Positions 44,315 through 52,044 of a stretch of DNA of 64,000 bases are shown here, piece after piece (within the stretch, counting starts at the first letter, position 1; the number at the start of each line of letters is the position of its first letter). The position numbers were made by a program, and so were the translations under genes. The stretch is from Planctomycetales bacterium (GTDB lineage Bacteria > Planctomycetota > Phycisphaerae > SM23-33): positions 14,996 through 78,995 of the forward strand of contig JAUWNJ010000011.1 of NCBI GenBank assembly GCA_030612725.1, given 5' to 3'. The notes under the pieces are model-generated. The model made no database searches. It was given only the letters and a program-made list of their open reading frames with translations, and was not told the DNA's origin.

Positions 44315-45475
44315 CTAGGCTGTATCAAGCCCTTTGATGATCCCGTGTGCGTTTTCGTTACGCAGTTCCATCGTGTACTCGCCGATGACTTCGCCGGCTT
44401 CGTAATCGCCGACTGCCGCCAGGGGCTTGTAGTAGAAACTTCGTCCTGCAAGCGGAAGCACGCCGGTTCGGGACGAATCCAGAAGAAGGACGCAATCGGC
44501 GGGAACCGCCCTGCACAAGATGACCCGGCAGACGCCGAAATCGCTCTCATAGACGCCGACCATATCGCGGTAGGCCTCGTCCGAAGGTCCGTACGCTCTG
44601 CTTGAGGTGATGAAGGAGTTAATCCGTCGCTTCTGGTATCCCGATACGACGACGGTGTCGATCCGACTGGATGCCTGCTCCCAGACCAACCGCAGCGCGA
44701 GGTTCAGTTGCGCCTCGGTCAGGTCGGTGTCAGCCGGGAATCCGCCGACGTTGGGTTTGAAGATGTTCGTCGCCAGGTGCGGGACAATCCCCTTCATCGT
44801 CCGCCGGACGCTGCTGCTGCCCTGCGGGTCGGACGATGGACTCGTACCGTTGATTACCGTCGCTTCCAGATCGCGGAGCAGTTCGCGCAGACGTTCGGTC
44901 TTCTGGTAGTCCAGTTCGTCGGCGACCGAGAGTTTTCTGACCGCATGGTCCGATCCGCTGACGCGAACGGCGGCGGTGAAAATCTGCGTCCAGTTACCTT
45001 TTCGGGTGCGATTGGTGAATCGCACCGACGGAGAATCGTCGCCTTCCAAGGCTGCGTTTCCGAGGATGTGCAGCACCTGGTCGTCGTTGAGATTTTCCGG
45101 CGTGGTCCCGCCGTAGCCTCTCGTAACGGTGATAGTACCTGCTCCGGTGTCGTGGGATGTTACCAGAAGCAGTTCGCTCGAACCGGCCGGTCTGACCTGG
45201 TCGCCGATGCGGAAGCGGTCTGCGTTGTCGATACCGAAGGTCGTATCAACGGCAGGATCGGTCCAGACGGCGTCGTCGATTGTGTCGATGTTCGGAAGCA
45301 GTTCGTCTTCAAGCCACTCGTGATACGTGCTCGAAGCCGGTCTGATCGGGTCTCCGAGGTGGTCCAGAAGCGGCGTCTCGTACGGTGAGACGATGCTTAC
45401 GATGTCGGAAACGTCTTCTGCAATTTCCGGTAACGTTGAACCGGATGAATATGTCGCTTTACCTGTAAATGCCAT
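44315..45475 (-). CDS. major capsid protein, HK97-fold (DUF5309 / SU10-type family)
   Basis: 386 aa. The N-terminal EDVSDIVSIVSPYETPLLDHLGDPIRPASSTYHEWLEDEL matches the remembered family pattern (..IsP.eTPf...lG......t.heW.eD.L). It follows a scaffold-like gene and a portal-like gene. Confidence 0.75.
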   Translation of the reverse strand: MAFTGKATYSSGSTLPEIAEDVSDIVSIVSPYETPLLDHLGDPIRPASSTYHEWLEDELLPNIDTIDDAVWTDPAVDTTFGIDNADRFRIGDQVRPAGSSELLLVTSHDTGAGTITVTRGYGGTTPENLNDDQVLHILGNAALEGDDSPSVRFTNRTRKGNWTQIFTAAVRVSGSDHAVRKLSVADELDYQKTERLRELLRDLEATVINGTSPSSDPQGSSSVRRTMKGIVPHLATNIFKPNVGGFPADTDLTEAQLNLALRLVWEQASSRIDTVVVSGYQKRRINSFITSSRAYGPSDEAYRDMVGVYESDFGVCRVILCRAVPADCVLLLDSSRTGVLPLAGRSFYYKPLAAVGDYEAGEVIGEYTMELRNENAHGIIKGLDTA

Positions 45476-45515
45476 TTTGTTTCTCCATGATTGTTCCGTA
45501 GGGATGCCTACGGCA

Positions 45516-46136
45516 TTAGTAGTTATTGTTTTCCTGTCGTCGCAGGCGCAGGTATTCAGCTACGTCCCGTCGGTTCCCCGTTTGGGCGGCCTGTGTGGCC
45601 GATCGCGTCAGGCGAGCAGCGGCATCGACGCCGTCAACTCGCGCAGAAGCGGTTTTTCCGGGAAGCCCCGTCGGGACCGAAGTCAGGATGGGTTTGGTCT
45701 GAAGAAGTTGATCAACGGCTTGACGCATCTGCTTTTCGTCGATGTCGTTGGAAAAGACGATGCGTTTTTCCAGAAGCGCCATTGCCGTTTCGATGTCCGC
45801 TACACCGGCGTCGCGAAGCATTCGCTCTGCCGACGATTGCGTATGCAGCGTGTCGATTTGATGCCGGAATTCGTCACGCTGCGATTCCGCTTTAGCCAAC
45901 TGATCCAGACGTTCTTCCAACTGCGTCTGTGTATCCTCGAGCCTCTGCTCAAACTGTTGGAGCACGGATTCCGCCTGCTGGGCGCGACGACGATATTTTA
46001 TCGCCTCGCTGACCGGTATAAGTCTGGACTCCGGCCCGGCAGTGGGAGTGTGAGGTTCCGCATCAGCAGACTGTGAAACTTCCTGTGTTTGCTCCGGTGA
46101 TTGGTTCGTCATTTGTCTATTCCTTTCGATGTTCAT
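45516..46136 (-). CDS. capsid scaffolding protein-like (coiled coil)
   Basis: 206 aa. Q/E/R-rich heptad-like helices (QQAESVLQQFEQRLEDTQTQLEERLDQLAKAESQRDEFRHQIDTLH). It lies between the portal and capsid genes. Confidence 0.5.
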   Translation of the reverse strand: MNIERNRQMTNQSPEQTQEVSQSADAEPHTPTAGPESRLIPVSEAIKYRRRAQQAESVLQQFEQRLEDTQTQLEERLDQLAKAESQRDEFRHQIDTLHTQSSAERMLRDAGVADIETAMALLEKRIVFSNDIDEKQMRQAVDQLLQTKPILTSVPTGLPGKTASARVDGVDAAARLTRSATQAAQTGNRRDVAEYLRLRRQENNNY

Positions 46137-47710
46137 TTCTTGTTGGAGGTGTTCAGGCTTTCGGTGTCGTATCCGAGTTCGGCGAGGACGCGATCGGCGG
46201 GAACCCCCAGAGACGCCTTGACCTGGGCGTCGGCGAGACGCTGGGTCTGGTCTTCAGGAAGGGGGCTTGGCCAGTGAATCTCGACGCGACGATCTTCGGC
46301 GTCGGTTCGCAGCACGCCGGCCTTGTCGAGCAGGTCCAGAACAAGTGAGATAATCTCGCCAAGCCCGTGCCCGTAAGTAATCCGCTTCTTCTCGGTCCGG
46401 CTGATGAGTCCACTCAGCAGGACTTTCAGGGCAGTCGCGCTCGTCAGGTTTCCGACGTTTCCCCGAAGAAGTCCCGCTGCCAGACCGGTTACGCCGGAGA
46501 CTTTGTCCATCGCCTCGCGGATTTGCTCGATGTGAATATCTTCGCTGGGCGAGCCTGAATCGTGCCCGAACTCCTGCACCGATGCGTCGGGATTATGCGT
46601 TGACCACATCTGGCCGGGACCGACGGGTCTGTCCAGGAAATCGTCGATACCCTTGGCGAGGTACATCTTGAACGACTGATAAGTTACGCGATAGGCCCGA
46701 TCGCTAAGCCGGGTGTTGAGTTCGTCCTGGAGCGAAAGCATCGGCTCGACGTCGCTGATTCCCTCGTAACTTCCCGGAAGCGAGACGTTTTGGATATGCA
46801 CGAGCGGGATTCGCCCCAGCGAGTTGGGGCCTTCAGCCACAAGGAGACGGTCTTCGTATCGTTGCCACCAGTTGGCTCCGAGTATTTCCACTACTTCGAC
46901 GGTTTTTGGATGGACGTCGCGCCGCCCCGACCATCCGAAACTCATGATACCGTGATTGACGCCTTCGAGTTGCGAGGTCTGTTTGCGGAAACACTGAATC
47001 CAGTAACGCGCGGTGCGGAAATCGTTTTCATCGAGGATGGGGATAATCCGCGCCGCCTCAACGACCTCCAGCGTCAGCCGGCGCACGAGTTTTCCGATAG
47101 GCGGGACCGGCAGGGAAGAATCCCGCTGATTCTGGGCTTCTTCCCCTGCCGGCGGGTTGGGACGGGTGAAAGGAGGTTTATTCGCGTTGGCGGGCCAATC
47201 GACGGGCATCCGAAGGATTACGTCCACGAATCCATAGACCGATCCCATCAACGCCAGCGTCTGAAAAAACGTCTGGCCACCGTTGGCGTCAAAGAGATTT
47301 TTTATGACCGATTCGATTATCTCAGCCGTTGCCGGTTCGCGGGCCAGACTTCGGATACTGACGGGTTTTCCGAAAAGAAAATCCACCATCGTGTGTATCC
47401 GCCAGGCAATGTCGTTTTCGATGACCACTTCCTTGCGGGCAAGGTTTGTTACGTGCTCTGCGCCGATACCGAAGCGGTTGATTCCGGTAATCCTCGCAGG
47501 CAGACCGATCTCCTGTGCCTGAAAATAGGGCCTGCTGTTGGTATTGAGCGCGTCGGCGGCCAGACCTACTGCCGGTGCGATAGGATTGCGGAAATAATCC
47601 CAAAGCCTGGAAAAATGCAGATGTGCATCCGTCGCTTCGGCGTCCACGAGATAACCGACGTAATCAGTTTCCAGCGTCGGGTCGTTGAAGTTTTTCAGTT
47701 TGAAACCCAT
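46133..47710 (-). CDS. phage portal protein-like
   Basis: 525 aa from ATG 47710 (RBS ggtgaggagag); the track ORF opens with GTG at 47725. It has the right size, is the first gene of the head module, and its N-terminal RLWDYFRNP resembles the R...L..YY.G motif of SPP1-type portals. Not verified by search. Confidence 0.55.
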   Translation of the reverse strand: MGFKLKNFNDPTLETDYVGYLVDAEATDAHLHFSRLWDYFRNPIAPAVGLAADALNTNSRPYFQAQEIGLPARITGINRFGIGAEHVTNLARKEVVIENDIAWRIHTMVDFLFGKPVSIRSLAREPATAEIIESVIKNLFDANGGQTFFQTLALMGSVYGFVDVILRMPVDWPANANKPPFTRPNPPAGEEAQNQRDSSLPVPPIGKLVRRLTLEVVEAARIIPILDENDFRTARYWIQCFRKQTSQLEGVNHGIMSFGWSGRRDVHPKTVEVVEILGANWWQRYEDRLLVAEGPNSLGRIPLVHIQNVSLPGSYEGISDVEPMLSLQDELNTRLSDRAYRVTYQSFKMYLAKGIDDFLDRPVGPGQMWSTHNPDASVQEFGHDSGSPSEDIHIEQIREAMDKVSGVTGLAAGLLRGNVGNLTSATALKVLLSGLISRTEKKRITYGHGLGEIISLVLDLLDKAGVLRTDAEDRRVEIHWPSPLPEDQTQRLADAQVKASLGVPADRVLAELGYDTESLNTSNKK

Positions 47711-47741
47711 ATATGCTCTCCTCACCCTTTACTTTTGCGTT

Positions 47742-47763
47742 CGCGTTTGCGCGCGCAAACGCG
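47742..47763. repeat. 22-bp perfect palindrome cgcgtttgcgcgcgcaaacgcg (copy 1)
   Basis: Read directly. It lies 32 nt upstream of the portal ATG. The same 22-mer recurs at 47851-47872. Confidence 0.9.
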
Positions 47764-47847
47764 CACAAAAAAACCATCGGGGCGGCATAAGTCCTTGGGG
47801 CCCAACGAAATTATTTTTTTACTTTTTTTGTTCCCCCTGATTTTTAC

Positions 47848-47875
47848 GTTCGCGTTTGCGCGCGCAAACGCGAAC
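47848..47875. repeat. 28-bp perfect palindrome gttcgcgtttgcgcgcgcaaacgcgaac (copy 2, extended)
   Basis: Read directly. Its centre is about 109 bp from the centre of copy 1. Confidence 0.9.
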
Positions 47876-47965
47876 ACAATGCAGTTAAGGTGGCGTGCCC
47901 CCCGAAAACTGTACCAGTTGAAATGGGAGATTTTTCGAGAGAAAAAGGTGATCAATCGGAGTTGT

Positions 47966-48048
47966 CCAGCGAGCCGCGACCGCAAAGAAGCGGACACAGC
48001 ACACCGATTCCCGCAAAAATCCGCTTCCTTGCGGTCGCGGCTCGCTGG
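47966..48048. repeat. 29-bp inverted repeat (one mismatch) with a 25-nt loop
   Basis: ccagcgagccgcgaccgcaaagaagcgga (47966-47994) pairs with tccgcttccttgcggtcgcggctcgctgg (48020-48048). Confidence 0.85.
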
Positions 48049-48099
48049 GCCGTTTAGGCAAGATGGGTAAGGATCATTTCATCCCCGTCGGAATAAAAC

Positions 48100-48139
48100 A
48101 AAAGGTCGCCGCGTTCTGCGGCGACCTTTTGGTTTTTTT
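48100..48139 (-). terminator. intrinsic terminator of the cyclophilin gene (bidirectional shape)
   Basis: The 9-bp GC stem ggtcgccgc/gcggcgacc has loop gttct. It is flanked by an A-run on one side and a T-run on the other, 28 nt after the stop at 48167. Confidence 0.7.
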
Positions 48140-48166
48140 GCGGACCAGTGCGATTTCCCCAAAGGG

Positions 48167-48874
48167 TTATTTTTTGCGTCTCCGCCTTACCATTGCCAAA
48201 CCGCCAACAGTCAACAGTCCCAACGTGGTCGGTTCGGGAACGGATACATTAACGAATACGACATTATCGTCTGTTATCGGAACAAAATTATCATAGTCGT
48301 CCTGGGTGTAGTTCCGCAGGGGCATCTCGCTGAAAGGACTGGCAAAAACAAAAGTATCCACCGCGGCAATCGCATCTACAACATCCATACCGTCGCCGAG
48401 AACCTCTCCGAATACAGTGAACCCACCGCTGTTCGAGGGGTTGTCCAGGGATGCGGAGTTGTCGCTTAGGTTAAAGAAAAATTGGCTGGTTGCGCTGTCA
48501 GGGTCGCTGGTCTTGGCCATAGCGATAGTCCCGCGAACGTTTGACCTTGATGGGTCAAATTCGTTGACGATCGGATCGAAGGCAGGCACGGCTTCGACAT
48601 ACGGATGGTCATATGTGAAACCGCCGCCCTGGACTATGAAATCCGTCACCGATCGGTGTATGAACGAGTCCTGATACCGCCCACTGGTAACGTAAGCCAA
48701 AAAGTTCTGAACCGTAATCGGGGTGGCTGTGTCATACAATTGGACGTCGAACGAACCGAGGGACGTGTCAAAGCGCGCAATTGTGTCTGCACTTGCCGCC
48801 GGCAAACTGAAAAACAGCGTAATGCACAGAAAAAGACCTAAAGCCGCTGACCTGAAACCAAAAAAACGAGCCAT
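48167..48874 (-). CDS. cyclophilin-type peptidyl-prolyl cis-trans isomerase with signal peptide and PEP-CTERM anchor
   Basis: 235 aa from ATG 48874 (RBS aggagga; MARFFGFRSAALGLFLCITLFFSLPAASA). Cyclophilin motifs: FHRSVTDFIVQGGGF-like IHRSVTDFIVQGGGF, and GTIAMAKT...SQFFFNL. C-terminal VPEPTTLGLLTVGGLAMVRRRRKK. Confidence 0.85.
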   Translation of the reverse strand: MARFFGFRSAALGLFLCITLFFSLPAASADTIARFDTSLGSFDVQLYDTATPITVQNFLAYVTSGRYQDSFIHRSVTDFIVQGGGFTYDHPYVEAVPAFDPIVNEFDPSRSNVRGTIAMAKTSDPDSATSQFFFNLSDNSASLDNPSNSGGFTVFGEVLGDGMDVVDAIAAVDTFVFASPFSEMPLRNYTQDDYDNFVPITDDNVVFVNVSVPEPTTLGLLTVGGLAMVRRRRKK

Positions 48875-49030
48875 GAGCAAATCCTCCTGAAAAAGCAGAA
48901 TGGAAATCGACCATTCTTCCGCTGAAAAAGAGGCCTGATGCTCCGGGACGACCGAAACGAGCAAAGCCTCCTCCTTTCGAACAAATGCAAAATCCAAGCA
49001 ACAGCAATTGAGCACTAATCGCGAAAAAAC

Positions 49031-49059
49031 ATCATAAGGGCAAATGGGCTTTTTGTCAA
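49031..49059 (-). promoter_or_regulatory. sigma70-type promoter for the cyclophilin gene
   Basis: On the minus strand: TTGACA (49054-49059), N17, TATGAT (49031-49036). Confidence 0.5.
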
Positions 49060-49195
49060 CCCGTTTTCCGATAAAAATCAGGAAAGCAGGGAGACGAATA
49101 TGTATTACGAGGTGTATTTCGTAGAATATCTCATACCGATCAACCGATCAACCAGTTGACCAATCAACCAGTGAACGGTTAAACTATCATCTATT

Positions 49196-50626
49196 ATGAA
49201 AGACCACATCGAATACGAAAGTCCGTTGGCTGGGCGGTATGCAGGGTTGGAAATGCGGGAACTGTTCGGCGCACAACGCAAGTTCTCGACCTGGCGGCGA
49301 CTTTGGCTGACACTGGCCGAAGTCCAGCAGAAACTGGGCTTGAACATTTCCGACGAGCAGCTCAAGGATATGTCCGACCACCTCTACGACATTGACTTCG
49401 CCGCAGCGGCCCAATACGAGAAAAAGTTCCGACATGACGTAATGGCGCACATTCACACCTTCGGCGACGCCGCCCCCTCGGCAAGGGGGATAATCCACCT
49501 CGGCGCTACCAGCCAGTTCGTCGTCGATAATACCGACCTGATACTGATGCGCGAGGCGATGGACATTCTCGCCGGTTCACTTGCCGGCGTCATCGACGCC
49601 TTCGGCTCGCTGGCGAAGCGATACCGATCTCTGCCCTGCCTGGGATTTACGCATTATCAGCCGGCACAACTGACGACCATAGGGAAGCGGGCTGCTGTGT
49701 GGTGCTATGATTTCGTAACGGACCTGGGCGAACTTCAGCATCGTCTTGACTCGCTGGAGTTCCGGTCCGTCAAGGGCACTACCGGCACGCAGGACAGTTT
49801 CCTGGCATTGTTCGACGGCGACCATGCGAAAGTCCAGTCGCTGGAAAAGGCGGTGGCTGAAAAGATGGGCTTCGAGCGGATTTGTCCCGTTACGGGTCAG
49901 ACCTATAGCCGAAAGGTCGATGCCCGGATCGCAGCGACCCTGGCCGGTATCGGCGCGTCGGTACACAAGTTCTGCAACGATATTCGCCTGATGAGCGGAA
50001 TGAAGGAAGTGGACGAGCCGTTCGGATCGAAGCAGGTCGGCTCCAGCGCAATGCCTTACAAGCGTAACCCGATGCGATGCGAGCGGGCGACAGCTTTGGC
50101 GCGGTTCCTGATGGACGTGTCGGTTTCGCCGTTGCACACTGCCGCCGAGCAGTGGCTTGAGCGGTCGCTGGACGATTCAGCCAATAAGCGTCTGGCGATT
50201 CCCGAAGCCTTCCTGGCCGCTGACGGAATCCTGCGGATTGTCCTGAACGTCGCACGCGGGCTGGTTGTGTATGAGGGGTCAATCGCCGCGCACGTCGCAG
50301 CCGAGTTGCCGTTTATGGCTACCGAGCGCATCCTGATGGAAGCAGTCAAGTCCGGCGGCGACAGGCAGGACCTGCACGAGAAGATACGCCAACACTCCAT
50401 CGCCGCCGGCGAGCAGGTCAAAGTCCACGGCCGGCCTAACGATTTGATTTCACGCCTCAAGGCCGATGCCGCCTTCGCGGAGGTCGATATTGATTCACTG
50501 CTGAAGCCAGCCGGTTTTATCGGGCGAGCGCCGCAGCAGGTCGATGAATTCATCGCCGCCCACGTCGAACCCGTCCGCCGCCACTACGCCCACAAACTAA
50601 ACGCCGACGCGGAACTGGAAGTTTGA
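49196..50626 (+). CDS. purB: adenylosuccinate lyase
   Basis: 476 aa. Fumarate-lyase signature SSAMPYKRNP. Collinear PurB pattern. Confidence 0.9.
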   Translation: MKDHIEYESPLAGRYAGLEMRELFGAQRKFSTWRRLWLTLAEVQQKLGLNISDEQLKDMSDHLYDIDFAAAAQYEKKFRHDVMAHIHTFGDAAPSARGIIHLGATSQFVVDNTDLILMREAMDILAGSLAGVIDAFGSLAKRYRSLPCLGFTHYQPAQLTTIGKRAAVWCYDFVTDLGELQHRLDSLEFRSVKGTTGTQDSFLALFDGDHAKVQSLEKAVAEKMGFERICPVTGQTYSRKVDARIAATLAGIGASVHKFCNDIRLMSGMKEVDEPFGSKQVGSSAMPYKRNPMRCERATALARFLMDVSVSPLHTAAEQWLERSLDDSANKRLAIPEAFLAADGILRIVLNVARGLVVYEGSIAAHVAAELPFMATERILMEAVKSGGDRQDLHEKIRQHSIAAGEQVKVHGRPNDLISRLKADAAFAEVDIDSLLKPAGFIGRAPQQVDEFIAAHVEPVRRHYAHKLNADAELEV

Positions 50627-50712
50627 TAAGTTCGAAAACTTGAAATTCCATTTTGGAACATCAAGTGAGTAATGACTTGAGGCGCCAATCTGGCACCTCA
50701 AGTTGGAGTAGT

Positions 50713-50745
50713 AAAGCCGACGGATATCTATCCGTCGGTTTTTGT
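50713..50745 (+). terminator. hairpin plus T-run between convergent purB and murD (shared palindromic element)
   Basis: aaagccgacggata-tc-tatccgtcggt followed by ttttgtt. The murD stop codon sits in the loop. The 26-nt core aaagccgacggatatctatccgtcgg is identical to that at 54612-54637. Confidence 0.6.
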
Positions 50746-52044
50746 TCCAACCAGTCGCACGAACGTTTCACCGCGTTGTTCGTAGTTGCGGAATTGGTCG
50801 AAACTGGCGCAGGCGGGCGAGAGAAGCACAATGTCGTCGGGGTCAGCGAGGTCGCCAGCGGCGGCGACGGCGGCGGCGAACTCCGGCGTGCGAATGACAG
50901 ATGGTACACCAGCATCACCCCGTGCATGTTCGACGCCATCGGCGATTGCTTCGCCGGTCTGTCCTGTTGCAACAATGGCTTTGGCGCGATCGGCCAAGGC
51001 GGAGCACAGATCACCGAAATCCACTTTTTTGTCGTAGCCACCGACGATGATGACAACGCTGCGAGGGGCAAAGGCCTCGAGCGCAACGACAGCCCCTGCC
51101 GGTGTGGTGCATTTGGAGTCGTTGAAATATCGCACGCCGTCGCGCTCGGCGATGAGTTGGAGTCTGTGCGGCAGGCCTGTGAAACCCGACAAAACCTCAG
51201 CTGCAGCGGAACGGGAAACGCCGAATTGTCGCGCCACCGACCACGCAGCCTGCGCGTTGGCCTGGTTGTGCGAGCCGGGAACATTCAGGTCGAACGGCTC
51301 GTCGTCGGCGCTGAAGGTGTCTGTTCTGCCGGAGGCCTGGTGAGTCCAGGACGCCACTTCGGAATCGTCGCGGTTGACGATCAGCACGTCGTCGGCGCAT
51401 TGGAAGCGGAAGATATTCTTCTTGGCGTCGGCGTAATCGGTCATGTTGCCGTGGCGGTCGAGATGGTTCGGGTGGAGATTGGTAACTAATGCTACGTGCG
51501 GGCTTTGCGCGAGCAGCGGCAGGTACGACAATTGGAAACTTGACAGTTCCAGAACGACGACGTGGCCTGGTTTAATCTCCGGCAGGTTTTCCAGCAGACT
51601 TCGACCGATGTTTCCGCCGACGTGGGTGGGCTTGACGTTTGCAAGTATCTCGCCGGTCATAGCGGTGGTGGTTGATTTTCCGACCGAGCCTGTAATCCCG
51701 ACGACCGGCGCGGCGCAGCGGGCGAGGAAGAGGTTTATCTCGGTCGTCAGTTCGACGCCGGCGTCGCGAGCGGCCCGGATGTACGGCGAGTCGAACGGAA
51801 CGGCAGGATTGACGACAACCAGGTCGGCATCGGTGAAGTCCGATTGTTCGTGCCCGCCGAGATGCAGCGTTACGTCCAGCCCCGCCAGTGCGGAAAGCGG
51901 TTCGGCGAGTTCATCGGCTCCGGCTTGGTCGGAAACCGTTACGCGAGCGCCCTGTTCGACAAGCCAGCGAGTTACGCCGAGTCCGCCTCCGAATCGGCCC
52001 AGGCCCATTACGGTTACTCGCTTGTCGGAAAAGAGGTTACTCAT
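50728..52044 (-). CDS. murD: UDP-N-acetylmuramoylalanine--D-glutamate ligase
   Basis: 438 aa. N-terminal VTVMGLGRFGGG Rossmann motif and GITGSVGKSTT P-loop. Confidence 0.9.
   Translation of the reverse strand: MSNLFSDKRVTVMGLGRFGGGLGVTRWLVEQGARVTVSDQAGADELAEPLSALAGLDVTLHLGGHEQSDFTDADLVVVNPAVPFDSPYIRAARDAGVELTTEINLFLARCAAPVVGITGSVGKSTTTAMTGEILANVKPTHVGGNIGRSLLENLPEIKPGHVVVLELSSFQLSYLPLLAQSPHVALVTNLHPNHLDRHGNMTDYADAKKNIFRFQCADDVLIVNRDDSEVASWTHQASGRTDTFSADDEPFDLNVPGSHNQANAQAAWSVARQFGVSRSAAAEVLSGFTGLPHRLQLIAERDGVRYFNDSKCTTPAGAVVALEAFAPRSVVIIVGGYDKKVDFGDLCSALADRAKAIVATGQTGEAIADGVEHARGDAGVPSVIRTPEFAAAVAAAGDLADPDDIVLLSPACASFDQFRNYEQRGETFVRLVGTKTDG

Noticed and set aside
47722-47997. 91-aa minus-strand ORF upstream of the portal gene
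   Set aside because: It is made almost entirely of the palindromes and the hairpin arm, and its sequence is low in complexity and basic. It is treated as non-coding regulatory DNA.
46790-48070. 426-aa plus-strand ORF
   Set aside because: It is antisense to the portal-like gene and runs straight through the palindrome-rich intergenic region. Its composition is typical of shadow ORFs.
47700-48166. attR copy of the tRNA-Ser 3' end that would delimit a prophage from 30.5 to 48.1 kb
   Set aside because: I scanned for ggttcgaatcccacccctacc or sub-strings of it and found none. The only loose resemblance (ctcaccctttac at 47721-47732) overlaps the portal RBS and is not convincing.
50685-50700. TGGCAC motif between purB and murD
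   Set aside because: No properly spaced TTGC/GC element follows. The site also lies between convergent gene ends, where a promoter makes no sense.
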